Assembly: GCF_004010195.1 (NCBI RefSeq)
Contig: NC_057751.1
Location: forward strand, 19,707,199-19,771,198
Length of the DNA: 64,000 nt
Direction of reading: 5' to 3'
From: Chiloscyllium plagiosum
Lineage: Eukaryota
The notes under the pieces are model-generated. The model ran no database searches and was not told where the DNA came from. It was given only the letters and a program-made list of their open reading frames with translations. Below are positions 10,745-25,047 of the stretch, in pieces (the stretch's first letter is position 1; each line of letters opens with the position of its first letter). The translations under genes were made by a program, and so were the position numbers.

Positions 10745-11760
10745 ACAGTAATTTCCAGGTTGTAATCCACATGCCAATTCCATACGCAGCGATGGTCTAG
10801 GACTATGTTTTATGCAACAAATCACGAATCTATAAAGCTTGAAGTAATTTTAGACTAGTTTTTTTTTTACCGGAGTGACAAATTAATTGCCCCACTGTTA
10901 ATAAACTAATCTCGTACCGACGATTTCTAGGTTATCACTCACAGATCATTATCCGAAACCACTTCTGTCTTAGATACGATATTACAGGAAGTTCTAGTCT
11001 ACAGTTTCAGGTACTGTCACACACTCTAATTCCTGAACTATCTTTTATAAGATAGCACAATAGTAATTTCAGGACATAAAAGACCACGGTTATTTTTACA
11101 CTGTTGTTCATAAAATAATAGCAACTTCGAGAATTTAGATCATAAAATAACAGTAATTTCTAAATTATAATTCAAGAAATATCAGAAGTTCTAGACGAGT
11201 TCGTTACACTATTACAAAGCCAACTTTAGATTATATTTGATAAAATATCAGACTGTAGAAATTAGGGTTATTCAAAATATCGCATGGCAATGTCTAGGCT
11301 ATAGTACATGAAATATTGCAAAACCTCAGCCGTCATTTCTATAGGTCGCCAACTATCAGAAACAGTAATTTATTGACAATAGTTAATTAAATGTCAAATT
11401 TCTAGATTACTGTTGAGAAAAAGCATAAGCAGTACCATGAAGATTATTATTCATAAAATAACAATTTTCAGAGTTCATATGACTATAATGCCTCAGACCA
11501 TTTTCAGATAAGATAGCTGAAATGTCTAGATTATTGTTCATAAATTATAAATAACCATTTCTGGACTATATTTTATAAAATACCACAAACTAATTTCGAG
11601 AGTATAATTCACAAAAAAAATCAAATGGCAATTTACATTAAAAATCACAAAAGGTTATTTCTGTAGTCCATACAAGCAATAATTCCTAGGCTATAGTTCA
11701 TAAAATATCACAAAAAGTAATCTCTAAGCAATAGATCTTACAATACTATCACAAAACACT
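10745..11760 (+). repeat. Highly degenerate AT-rich tandem repeat, about 35-40 bp unit
   Basis: Recurring variants of AGTAATTTCTAGACTATAGTTCATAAAATATCACAAA, e.g. near 11095-11170, 11520-11590 and 11680-11730. Confidence 0.65.
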
Positions 11761-12654
11761 AACGTTAAGTAAAATTGAGGGTGCAGTCTACCGGGTTCTA
11801 TTGAATACTGCACAGCCAAGCATCCTGTTTGCTGTCAAAGGAAGTGGGGGTCACTGTTTGCCTCACTGGCATTGCATTGGAGTTTGTGCTGCAGGGGAAG
11901 TAGGAAAGCAAGGCTACTGTTTGTGGAGGTGAAAGCAATCCTGTTATGGAGACAGGAGCAAGTTGTACAGAGGGTGGTTGATGAGAGAGTCATAGCTTGG
12001 AGGAAATGATGAAGAGATTGTCCTATATTCAGGTAAGTGTCCCATCCTTTGCATATATGCTTACTGCTTGGACATGGAAGACATGTTTCTCCCCTGCACC
12101 TTCAAGGAGAGAATATTTGGGTGCATTCATCCTTTTGCTGCTGTGCTTTGACATAGAATAATTGCAATGGCGCACAGTAATAAAGCAGTTTCCAGTTCCA
12201 TTCACTGAGCACCTCCAAGATCTCCACACCAGTTTACAAAGTCTTGACTTCAACAAGAAAAGTGATTTAGGTACAGGGTGCTACTTGGAGATGATCAGAG
12301 GAATTCCCATTGTCTCCTTTTCCCTCTTCTATTTGGAAATGCAATTGGAGAGAGAGGACTAGGATAGGCATTGGTTGGGGATAGTTGGAGGTGATGGCAA
12401 CTATACTAGATAAAGCAACTGAAGCCACTTGGAATTCAATGTGTTGACTTGGATGGGTTCAATACCACCAACAAGAAAACATTCTCCATTGATTTTGGCC
12501 TTTCATACTCTTGACTCCATTTCATCACTTTCATGGCATGGATTGTACTAGCCAAGTGACTATATGTATCACACCTCAGTATCTGAACTGTTTTAAGAGC
12601 ATGATCATGCCTAAGCACTGCAGTCCCCATTATTTTTTTCTTGGTAGACTCCTG

Positions 12655-12762
12655 CTGAAATGATTCTGGATTAGAGTGATGCTGGAAAAACACAGCAGTT
12701 CAGGCAGCATCCGAGGAGTAGGAAAATCGACATATCGGGCAAAAGCCCTTCATCAGGAATAC
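12655..12762. mobile_element. Half copy of foldback mini-element family A
   Basis: GATTAGAGTGATGCTGGAAAAACACAGCAGTTCAGGCAGCATCCGAGGAG...GGGCAAAAGCCCTTCATCAGG matches the left arm of the 45883-46079 element. Confidence 0.8.
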
Positions 12763-13449
12763 GAAATGAAGTGAGACAGGTTGGTTTCAGGAACATTGCA
12801 ACTGTTTGAATTAACTAGAACCCAGAGACTGCAATTTGTCAGTTAGAGGAAGGGGACACTATGAATCAAGTGAGGAGCAAATGGAGGTGACAGGATGCCA
12901 CATGTCAACAATACAGGCAGGGAGCTGGTATGTTACTGGGCATGCATTCATTTGAAAATTGATGCAGGGATAAAGAATGGTATTTGCTATTGTTTGAGAC
13001 TAATGTACAGTCTGCAGTCTCTGGTAAAGAACAGGTATTGGCATCTCTGTGATCACTTCAGTCAGGTAGCATGCCAAAGAGTGTGTGACACCTTCTGAAA
13101 TCTATAGGAGAACCCCAAAACTGAGAAAACAAGTAGCATTCTCATAGCAATATGAATGACATCCATTAAACCTTAGACACCCAATCTTGTTGGCAGCAGA
13201 CTGAAAAGACTGGTCAGCTATTTGTGAAGAAGAAACAGAATCTGTTTTACCCACATCCAATACAGACTGCCTCATGTGCTGATCATAGGGTATCCAGACT
13301 GGATGCTCAGCCATGGTGCTTGGCAGGATTAAATGGTCCAATTGTGGTTCATTTTCAATGCAACCTCACCTCCTTCCATTCCACCCAGTGCCCTCAGACG
13401 GATTGGGAAAGTATCTGAGAATGAATTGGCATTGACAGTCATTGCAGAC

Positions 13450-14975
13450 CATAAGACACAGGAGCAGAATTAAGCCATTCAGCCCATCAAGTCTGCTCCA
13501 CCATTCAATTAATCACAGCTGATCGAATGATCTTTGCCTTCATGTTCCCCCATTTTCCTCCTAACCTTTGACTCCCTTACTGATTAAATATCTGTCCGTC
13601 TCAGCCTTGAATATACTTAATGGCCCAGTCTTCGATGGTAAAGAATTGCACAGAATCACTCCCTTCAGAAGAAATCCCTCCTCCTGCCTTACTCTGAGAT
13701 TACACTCTTTGGTCCCAGACTTCTCACAAGGCAAAACAGCCTTGCTGCACCTACCTTGTTAAGTCTACCAAGAATGTTGTATGCATCACCTCTCATTCTT
13801 CAAAATTCCAACACAATACCAACCTCTCCTCAGATTTCTTCCACCATACCATAGATCAGCCTAGTGTTCCTTTTCTGGACTGCCTTCAATGCCAGTATAT
13901 CTTTCCTTGGATATGGGGATCAACTGTTCAATGTATTCCAGCTATGGTCAGACGTGAGCCTTACATAGTTTTAGCAAGACCTACCTATTTTTATACTCCA
14001 TTCCCTTTGAAATAAAGGTCAACATTACATTTGTCTCCCATATTACCCACTGAACATGGATGTGATGCGATGAGATTTTTGCACAAGGACTCCCAAATTC
14101 CTTTGTGCTGTCATGTCTCCATCGAAATAATATTCAGTTCCTCTATTCTTCCTGCCAAAGTGCATAACCTTACATTTTCCTACATTATGTTCCATCTGCC
14201 AATATTTTGCCCACTCACTGAACCTGTCTGTATTTCTCTGCACAGTCTTTGTGTCATTTCATTAGTTGCCTTCCCACCTATTCTCATATCACCAACAAAC
14301 CTGGCTACAGTACATTCACTTTCCTCAACTATGTCATTTACATATATTGGAAATAATTGTGTTCCATATTGCACTCCACTGGTTACAAGCTGCCATCCAG
14401 AAAATATCTCACCACTAACCCCGCCCACATCCCAATACTAGTTAGACAATCCTCTATTCATGTTGAAATATACTACCTCCAATCCATGGGCTCTTATTAA
14501 GTAGTCTAATGTGTGGTACCTTATCAAATACATTCTGAAAATCCAAATATATCCACTGCCTTGTCTTTATCTATCCTGCTTGCTACCTTCTCAAAAAATT
14601 CTCAGCGATTTGTTTGATATGATTTCCCCTTCATGAAACAATGCTGACTCAGCTGTAGTATGCATTTCTAAGTGCTCTGTTATTCCATTCTTTATAATTG
14701 ATTCCAAGATTTTTCCAACAATAGACTTTAAGCTACTTAGTCTACAGTTATCTGTCATTCATTTCCTTTCCTTTCTAAATAAAAGACATTCCATTGGCAG
14801 GTTTCTAATCATCTGGGACTTTTCTAAAATCTAAGAATTCTTGGAAGATTACTACCAGTGCACACATGATCTCTGTAGCTCCTTCTCTTAATATCTGGCT
14901 GCATCCCATCAGGTCCACGGAACTTATTGGTCTTTAGCCCCACTGATTTTCCTAGCACTTTTAGCATTGTTAATA
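13450..14975 (-). mobile_element. Old CR1 LINE, reverse transcriptase region to 3' end, degenerate
   Basis: Fragments SGWQLVTSGV, LFPIYVND, EWAKYWQMEHNVGKCKVMHFGRKN and GPDGMQP; CR1 3' terminus at about 13450. Confidence 0.88.
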
Positions 14976-17900
14976 TGTCTTCTGAAACAACGAGGACATC
15001 ACCTGACATTTCCAGAGTCTGAAGACACACCATCTGAACACGCTCAGACTATCTAACCTCAATTTGCCGCTGTAGGTAATCCTCCAAATTAGGGAGTATA
15101 TGAATTCAGCCCAAGACAAACATACCTCATTGAGGGTCACCAAGGGTAAACACAAGTGTAGGTTTAATACCATATCACCTATGCACATAGCATAGGATAA
15201 GTGCTGACCTTATTTTAGCCTTTGTAAGGAATATGTAACCTGTTCTTTTGACTGCTAGCAGTAGTTCTTGATCAGCATTCTGAAGTAAACTTCCAGCCTA
15301 TACATGGCATCCATGTTAGCCTATTTCCTCTTCCTGTCAGCCTACCCATGACTTCCCATACTCACTCTTCTTTGAGGTCATAATTTTATAGCATGCAGAT
15401 AGTAAATGCTTCTGGAGACTTTTGCTGAGGTGGAGAGTAAACCTGACTAGTTGAATAGTCCATACATAGGATGAAGAATACACCATTAAGCACCACAATT
15501 TTGTTCCAATGGACACTGGAATCACTACATAATTCTGGTGTTTTCCATGCAACTTTAGGTGGCTGAGTGCATCTGCCCTGTATTAACATCTGGTTGGAGA
15601 TCATCGACCTTAACTATAAATGGTAACCTAGGCATCAAGGTTAGTCATCTCAATCCATGCCCTTTATGGAAAAGATTGCACTCAATTACTGTTCAGGTGG
15701 CATCTGACCACAAAGGTATTGTCATGTATCTTAGTGGCTGTCATCAGGAAACAGCTATGATGTCCCCCTTGTGCAGGCTCCCAGAAAGCTTGAAGGGAGA
15801 CACTAGTTGCATGATTTGTAGGAGAACAAGACTACCTTCTACAATCATGAACCATTGATCTGGACACCACTGCAAATGCCCTTAAGTGCAAGAGCAACTT
15901 GACTTGAATATCTAAACATTTGCTTGTGTTGTTATTACCATCTTTAGGAAAATGACACCTTGTGAAAGAGCCTACACAAATGCCACAAACATGGTCCAAA
16001 TTATAATAGATATCATTACAGAGGCTTAAACAAATCAATCCATACATTAACATGTTAAGCACGCTGAATATGTTTGATTAACAGCTCTTGCGCATTTAAT
16101 GTACATATTTAAATTTTGCTTTGGTCCTTTTGTTTGGAAATGATATCTCAACCTGTCTTGCAAGATTGAGCAGTTTGTCTGAAGCTATTAGAGAATGGGA
16201 AGATGCAAAGAAAAATGTTATTTACTTCAATGATTGATCTTGTTGAGCAGATAAATGATACAATGGAGATTGTAGGAGAAGGTTCTCCTAGAGTTGTGGC
16301 CAGAGACACTGAACCAGACAAACATCAACAGTAAAAACCCAAAAATATAACCAGTTTTCTCGAGTTCAGCCCTTCTTATCCAAGTTAAACAGCAACAGTT
16401 AAAGTAATTCTCATCTTCCCTGTTTGGTTAGCTCCAGCTTGCAATACAGTATGAATGATCATGTTTAGTACAGCAATCTAAACAGTTTGTAGGTAAAGAA
16501 AAAATGAAGGAGGAAATAAAAATATATTAAATGTTTGATGCAGAAGTAGCAAATCATTTTTGCAAAAGAACAGGTCTATGTCCATATTACAAAAAAATAT
16601 TTTAAGCTACAGTGTCTAAGATGCAAATGGTCATTTTAAGTTATATTTTGAGTGCAAATCACAAAACATTTTACACAATAGATTCTATGTATGCATCAAA
16701 AAGTCATTTTCTGATTTGATCAAATGTAAATACAAAGTGAATTTATACTATGGATCACATGCAAGTTGCAAAGTAATTTTATGCTGTATATAATGTCGCA
16801 AAGTCACTTTATGCTGTCGAACATGTAAGCCGCAAAGATATTTTAAGCTATACTGTGTATGTGCAAGGCATTTTGCGCTATAGTTTGTATACAAAGATTG
16901 CAAACATAATTTCTTATTCCATAATTCAAATGATTGTGGTACAGTACATACCTTTCAATACTGAAGTTTATTGCTTAATGTTGTAAACAGCAATTTCTAA
17001 GTTATATTTCAGATCTGATTGTTATTTCTGGGTAGTGTTTTAATGCAGAAGTATGTCCATCACCAATTTATAGACCTATAATTTGTATGTTAATAAGACA
17101 AATAATAATAATTGCTATATTATGGTTCAATGGTTAATATTACAGTAATGTCTGTGATATAGTTCATGCAAAGAAATTGCAATAGCTTGTAGACTATGAT
17201 AAATGGTCATTTCTGGACTATTGTTCATGCACAACAATAGACAGACATTTCCAGGTAGGTTGTTCCTTGAGCAGGATAATCAGTTTGAAATAAATTGTTT
17301 GAGTGTGTTTCTTGAAACATAAGTGAATGAGTGAACAGAAACCATATTACTTGATTATTTCAATGACAAGGTATTTTCAACTGGAAATCCTCAGGAAAAA
17401 GTCATTCTTTTAGCTGACTCCTTGAAGAGAGGTACTTCTGTTGCAGAACCTTTTGGAAAATATCACTTTACAAAAAAAATCAAACAAATAAGTGGAGAAA
17501 CCTCTGCTATATTTTGGTTTACAAAATAACCCCAAGGGGAAAAATATAATTGTAATGATTTGGCATAAAAGTACATTATCTCTGAGAGATACAGGCCACA
17601 CAGTTCTGCTTTCCAGGTGATAACCAGACTTTTCTTCGTTCCAATATCACAAGTAGGAGGTGTGTTGACCACTGTATTGATAATTGATACATGGCAGAAC
17701 ACATACAGTAGCATTATTTGTAGCACAAAATATTTTATTTAAAATAGGATCCTGTGTTTTTCAGGACCTGTTCGCACTTTTAGAAAAGATAATGGTCAAG
17801 ATGTGGGCATTGCTAGCAAGGTTACCATTTATGCCCATCTCTAGTTACCCTTGAGGTGGTGGTAATATGTCTTCCTGAACTGTAATTCATGTAAAGGTAT

Positions 17901-20900
17901 GCCTGGGTTGTTAGTAGAGAATACAAGGATTTCACATCTAGAAATATCTTGACATCTAGTCAAACCAAATACTAATGCACAAAACACACTGTGCCCTTCA
18001 ATGGATATTAAATAGTTAATTCAAAAATAGCATATTGATTCCTAAGCTAATTAAATGTGGTGGGTTTTTTGTTTTCCTTTTTTACTTCAAGTACAAAAGT
18101 AAAAAGTTTCCATCAAACCTTTCACTGCCTAAGTCATTGACAGATTAATTTACTTTACTCATGCAGATGAAACCATCCAGAATCAGTAGGTGCTTATTGT
18201 GACCCCATTACAATTAGTCAAGTACCGAGACCCTACAGAACAAAGCATACACTTGACTGGCAACCCATGCACCACCTTAACTACTTACTCTGTTACTGAG
18301 GCACAATGGAAAGAGTGTGTACCATCTACAAGATGCACTGCAGAAATTCACCAAGAGTCCTCCAACAGCACCTTCTAAACCCACACCTCTATCACCTAGA
18401 ATGAGAGCAATAGATGAATAGGAACACCACCACTTCCAAGTGAAGTTCCTCTTCTAAGCCACACACCATCCTGACTTGGAAGTATAGTCATCATTGATTC
18501 ACTGTCACTGAATCAAAATCCTACTCCCTTCTTAAAAGACTATGGGTGGACCTTCTTATTGTTTTATGGTATATGGCCATTGTTTGCTGCATATTTCTAA
18601 TTGTCCAGAGGGCAGTTAAAGTGGATCTAGAGTCACGTATATGCCAAATCAGATCAGAACAGTAAATTTCCCTTCCAAAAAAGCATAAGTGAACCAGATG
18701 GACTTTTGTGAAATAAACAGTGGTTTCATTATCATGTCAAGGCAAGCTTTACACTCCAGACTTTAGCGTTTTATTATTTGAATTTAAATTTCACCAGACA
18801 CAGTGCCTGAGCCTGGATTTGTAATCCAGTGACATGAACACCATCACACGCACATGGATTGTGAGAGTTCAAGGTGGTGAGTCAGTATCATCTTCTCAAA
18901 GGTAATTAGGTACATGTTGGCCTAAGGGGCTCTTGTGATGCAGTGGTAAGGATTTGGAATCAAGCTCCACCTGCCCTGATGGATATCACAATATGTCCAA
19001 ACAGGTTGATTTAAAATCAAAATAGATGCTGGCCTTACCAGTGATCCTCACATCCCATGAACAAAGGAAAAAATGTAAAATGGATGAAAGTTCAGAAAAT
19101 CTGCACAACAGGCACAAAGCATCTGTCTTTGTTTTTATTATTACACTTTTGTTTCAGACAATGACTGGTGTAAAGCAAGGGAAATTTAAGCGAGAAATCT
19201 ATGTTGAGCCATTTCCTTTTAAGATCTATCTTTATAGGACTGTTAGCAGTTTTGCAGGTTTTTGTTGTAGAACATTATTCTAAAGCAGCATTTTGAGTAA
19301 AACTAAAATGAAAATATGATAGCAATTACATTTTGGACATAACTCAATTAATAAATATGAGATAAATCATTTTAGTTTAGGTTGTTTTTAGAACGCTTAA
19401 AGTTGCCTTAACATATGAAGATGTGTGATGATCACACTAGTCTCCTGATCACAAAAATGTGAGAGCTAGCACAAGTGTGCAAAATACATTAATGACATAC
19501 AGTCAGATTCTAGACAGATAAAAGAGAAGGCTAGTGCATTGTACAGAGTGAAAATACTTCCCATTTTATCGGGGAGGGGGGAATAAGAACCTTTGAAGTG
19601 TTATTACCCATGAAATTGGCAGTGTTTGTCTTGTCTGTTTATAGCACTTTCCCACCCTCTTTTGAACATTTGAACCAGTATAAACCAGATCATAACCTGA
19701 AGGGCTGAGATTCCCCCCCTCGAAGATGCACCTCTCCCTTTCCACACTTTAGATATTCATTTAGAAATCTGACACTAGTACAAAGCGAGAGATTCTCCTG
19801 ACCGATCGCCAATTGATTTGACATGTGAGGAAATGGGTTTTTTTAAATGGATGACGTCTCATCGAACACCGCGGCTTGTCCAGTGGGATAAGAAATCGTA
19901 GAAGTTAATTAGTTAGGAAAGCTATTTATCAAACCTGTGACCCCATGAACCTTTAGCTAAGGGCCTCTCGAACCTCAAAAGCCGTGAAGCACATACAATG
20001 AAGTAATGTACTGGTTAGTTCAAGGCTTCATGTATTTTTCTTGTCAGGAGAATAACAAACTCCTGGGTCCTCTAGAAGAGGCAAAATATGGAGACTTCCT
20101 ATTTTTTCTACCAGCATTTCCTTCTGCACACCCGGTGCGAAGTATGTTCCATAGGACAGTGCACATGGGACTGTCACGCTTTGCCTGTGATCAGTACAAA
20201 GAAAGTAGGGGTGTAGCAGTGGACAGCTTCATGCACACAGTGACACGATACTAGGCACAGTGGTGTAAGGTGCTGAACTAATCACCCACACCCGTTTGAT
20301 TTGAATTAAGTTTCAATCTGTAAACTGACCACGAAGGTGTCAGTTTATTGCAAAAAAAATCTGAATAGGTCACCAATGCTCTTTAGGGAAAGAGACATCC
20401 TTAACTGGTCTAGTCCGATTACAATTCGAGTTCCATATAAAATTGGTCTCTGCAGTGGCCCGGCAAATGCAAACAGTTGTACAAAACATAAGCGGGAACA
20501 GCAATGAAAGCCAAACTTGCCAGTGACACCTGCCTCTTGAGAATAAAAGAAACACTTCCCCGAATCACTTTATCTGCCCAATGGGACCGGGGTAAATATA
20601 TTTAGATTGCATCAATAAAAGTTTATTTAGGGTGAATTTATATAACAGGAATTCTAGAAAGATTAAGAAAAATGACCCGGCAGAATATTCTACCGAAAGT
20701 GCTGAAAGGTCTAATGCTTTTCATCTCGTTTGTTTTTAGTTCTATTCCGGACAAACCTTTTGAGAACCAGGTGATATTATGTAGGGACAGAGATATGGGG
20801 TCATGACCCCCCGTCTCTTAGATAAGGCAATTTAACTGCAGATGGGTTGGGACTGCAGCTGACCAAGTGCCCTGTGGCTGCAGGATACTATTAAATAGAG

Positions 20901-22059
20901 CTGCACATACTGGGGAATACAAATCCCAGTGCAATTCTCTGCAGATGTCAGTGGAACAAGATCAACCCTTTATGAAATGAACGCACTGGGCACTAAAACA
21001 ATGTTACAGTGAATTTCATTTGAAGGTCTGTTAGTTAATATAGGACATTTGGTTTCTGGATTCATTGCTTAACTCAGAGGCTGAGCTGTGTAAATTAACT
21101 CAGCATTTAAATTCCTGTCAGAGCATTCTTTTCCCCATTTAGTAAACGGTGGATGGATAATAGGTTTCCTGTAATAAACTGCAGATTGTTTCTCTGTTAA
21201 ATCACAGTAATACTATGCTGCTGTCAATTAAGTTATTGATGGAACAGAACAATATTTTAGAAACTAAGGAGGAACTTGCTTAGCTGATTGTAACCAATAT
21301 TTAAGAGGGACTTTTTAGTTTTATCCTCCCACCTCCCTGCATATTTCCCTACCCGGTATTGCTCCTAAAGCAGTGTTCTACATTCATTAATTTAAGATGA
21401 AGCATCTAAGTGTGGCACCTGGACCCCACCCTGGTTATTAAGTCAACTCCGTACAGATGTTTTCTAACCAACTTGTTTAGAGAAGCTATTACACATCTAT
21501 GGGGCTGGTACTTGAACCCAGACCTCCTCAGCCAGAGGCAGGGATGCTATTACAGTGCAAATCGAGAATCAAACCTGGATTTTTCATAGTCTGCAGAGCT
21601 CCTCTTAACTAGAATTACAGGGACAGATTGAGTTTTGTGGTTAGCCTTATTTGTATCTATTCTCTCCGTCACCTTCATGGTTAGCAGAGCTTACTGACTG
21701 CTTTCGTCAGTTGACACAAGTGACAGAGAGGGGCTTTATCACATCAAACTGGAGTTAACCTTCGCATGATCCTGAGAAGTGATGACCCTCACGTTAAACT
21801 ACCACCAGTCGTCTCTCTCTAATGAGAGAGCATCCACATGGTCCAGTAGAATCGTGGCAGGCTTACTTTTGTTTTACTGGAAAGGGATTTGGCTCTTTTA
21901 ATATGTCGTCCTTAGTCACGTAACTGAGGAAACAATAAGTGAACACAGAGTACTGCTTTATATAAACAATAAGCCTAACCAACCTTCAATCAAACTTTAA
22001 CCAAAAAATGGCATACGCCCCTCACTTAATATGTCAGTCGCTCCGTTCCCTCACACACC

Positions 22060-22425
22060 CCATTTAATCCCAACGCCCCATTTTCTCTTTCGCTCCCTGT
22101 ACTTATGCCGTGTAGCCCCCCAGGGCATATTTTGTCACTCTGTACTCACTCAGCTTAACCCCTGGGCTTGTGTTTTTTCTCTATCTCCTCTCATCCTGTG
22201 TAACCTCTAGGTCCTATTCTCCCTCTCTGCACCCACCGATTAACTCCTGGCCATTTTCTCTCTGTACACACCTGGAGCAATCTCTGTCCTGTTTGCCACC
22301 TTTCTGTACTGACCCTGTGCAATTCATGGGTGTGTTCTATCTCACTTACTCTCACCCATATAACCACAGGACCAATTTCCCCTCTGTACTCATCCTATGC
22401 ACCCTAGAACCTGTTCCCCTCTCTT
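22060..22425 (+). repeat. Degenerate pyrimidine-rich minisatellite, about 40-46 bp unit; resumes at 24410-24560
   Basis: Repeated CTCTGTACTCACCC..TGTAACCCCTGGG variants on both sides of a transposon block. Confidence 0.7.
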
Positions 22426-22578
22426 TTGGCATTCCACTCTTAATATATTTATATCCTTCCTTAGGCAAGGAGACCAAAACTGCACACAATATTTGTGATG
22501 TGATCTCACCAATGCCAAATACAATTAAAGCATAACCTTACTTTTATGTTTAATTCCTCTCATAATCAAGGATAATAG

Positions 22579-23374
22579 CAGATGGAGTTTAATTTAGATA
22601 AACGTGAGGTGCTCCATTTCGGAAAGGCAAATCAGGGCAGGACTTATATACTTAATGGTAAGGTCCTGGGGAGTGTTGCTGAACAGAGACCTTGGAGTAC
22701 AGGTTCATAGGTTCTTGCAAGTGGCGCACAGATAGACAGGATAGTGAAAGTAGCATTTTATTGGTCAGTGCATTGAGTATAGGAGTTGGAAGGTCACATT
22801 GTGGCCATGCAGAACATTGGTTAGACTTTTGGAATACTGTGTGCAATTCTGGTCTGCCAGCTATAAGGAGGATGTTGTGAAACTTGAAAGGGTTCAAAAA
22901 AGATTTACAAGGATATTGTCAGGGTTGGAGGGTTTGAGCTGCAGGGAGAGGCTGAACAGGCTGGGGCCATTTTCCCTGGAGCATCAGAGGCTGAGGGGTG
23001 ACCTTATAGAGGTTTACAAAATTGAGGGGCATGGATAGGGTGAATAGACAAGGTTGTCTCCTGGTTGGGGGGGGGCAGGGTTCAAAACTAGGAGGAAATA
23101 AGTTTAGGTGAGGGGGGAAAAGATTTAAATGGGACCAGGGAGGCAAATTTTTCACTTGAAGGTGGTGCGTATATGGAATGAGCTGCTCCAGGAAGCGGTG
23201 GAGACTGGTACAATTACAACATTTAAAAGGCATGCGGATGAGTATATGAATAGGAAGGGTTTAAGAGGGATATGGGCTAAATGTGGCAAATGGGACTAGA
23301 TTAATGTCAACTATTAGATTGGCACAGACAAGTTGAGGGGTCTGTTTCTATGCTGTACAGCTCTATGACTCTTA
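22579..23374 (+). mobile_element. 5'-truncated CR1 (HER1-like) LINE
   Basis: QMEFNLDK..EVLHFGK and LEYCVQFWS..YKEDVVKLERVQKRFTR...LRGDLIEVYKI; tail CTCTATGACTCT; flanking near-duplicate AAGGATAATAG/AAGGATAGTAG. Confidence 0.9.
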
Positions 23375-24011
23375 AAGGATAGTAGTTCATTAGCTTTATC
23401 ACTTGCTACATTGTGACTCATGCACTCAGAATTCTGCAATTGCTCTCTATTTAAGTAATGCACTGCTTTTTATATTCTTGCCAAAATTAAAAACTTACAT
23501 TGTCCCACATTGTACTTCATTTTCCAGATTGTTGCACTCCCACTCAACTTCTCTATATACCTGCAATGGCCTTCAGCCCTCTTCACAACTTACTTTCCAA
23601 CTGATTTGTAACAATTGCAAATTTAGCCACCATGACTTCACTCCCTTCACAGAAGTCATTGATATAGATGGTGTAAAAAAAAATTGAGGTCCCAGCACAC
23701 ATTTCTGTGGGACTCTACTCATCACATTAGAAAGAGACCCATTTACACATACTCTGTTTTCTGCTAGTCATGTTTATGTTACCTCACTACACCATGAGCA
23801 CAGTCATCTTTTGAGGCACCTTATGAAATGCTTTCTGGAAATTTGAGTACAGCATGCTGTACTCCGTTACCCACAGCACTTCACTCCCTCAAACTTCAAT
23901 AGATAGTTTATAAACAATTTCCCTCTCACTAAACCACACGGACTCCTCCAGATTACTTGGAGTTTTCCCAAGTGCTCAACTATAACCTTCATAATTATAG
24001 ATTCTAACATC

Positions 24012-24290
24012 AGAGACCCGGGTTCAATTCTCACCTCAGGCAACTGACTGTGTGGAGTTTGCACATTCTCCCCTTGTCTGCGTGGGTTTCCTCCAGGTGC
24101 TCCAGTTTCCTCCCACTGTCCAAATAATGTGCAGGTTAGGTGAATTGGCTATGTTAAATTGCCCGTAGTGTTAGGTGAAGGGGTAAATGTAGGGGAATGG
24201 GTCGGGGTAGGTTGCTCTTCGGAGAATCAGTGTGGACTTGTTGGGCCGAAGGGCCTGTTTCCACACTAAGTAATCTAATCTAATCTAATC
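24012..24290 (+). mobile_element. HE1-type V-SINE with (AATCT)n tail
   Basis: GACCCGGGTTCAATTC B-box, V-domain GTGTGGAGTTTGCACATTCTCCCC..GTCTGCGTGGGTTTCCTCC, tail GGGCCGAAGGGCCTGTTTCCACACT..AATCTAATCTAATCT. Confidence 0.9.
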
Positions 24291-25047
24291 TTCCACACAA
24301 CCATCAAGCTAACTGACCTCTCGTTTCCTGTTTTCTGCATCCTCCCCTACTTGAAGAGAGGGGTTATATTTGCTATTTTCCAGCCCGATGGAACCTCTCC
24401 CGAATATAGCAACTCTCTCTATACTCACCCTGTGCAATCCCTAGCTGTTTCCTGTGTCTGTCTGCCTTTGTGTACTCACCCCATGTAACCTTGGGCCCTG
24501 TACTCTTTGTACTCACCCTGTCTAACCATGGGTAGTTTTCTAATTGTATTCACCCAACAGTGACATAATTGAATTAGGCATTCTGCAAATCTGATCATAA
24601 ATTTGCATTGGACCAGCTTGTTCTACTTAGTACTTCAGATTTCTCATTTACCAGTTCCTGAGCGGAAGCAATCCCTGACAACACTGCACAATGAATAACT
24701 AAAATCCAAGTGTTCAGTGGTTGCCAGACTATTTCCATTGCTGGCAAAATTAAAGCAAGGGGCCAAGTTCTTAGCTTAAAGTACTGGATAGATGAAAGGG
24801 GAGGTTAGGAGTAACTTTACAGACAATATTGCAGTGTGCAGTGTCACAAGCATGATCAATGCCAATTCAAAAACAGCATTCAAATTTGTTCTGGATCATT
24901 TTTGAAGAGTAAAAGATTTGGGCCAGAAACAGAAAAATTGAACTGTGCAAAATGCACCCCTGGAAAGGATAATGAATTCAACAGAAAGAAAAGGCTCTTC
25001 ATGTGCTAAAAATTCAACACATACATTTTGAGGACATCTTATGAATG

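Noticed and set aside
24012..24060. tRNA gene
   Set aside because: The B-box-like GGTTCAATTC is the tRNA-derived head of a SINE; there is no full cloverleaf.
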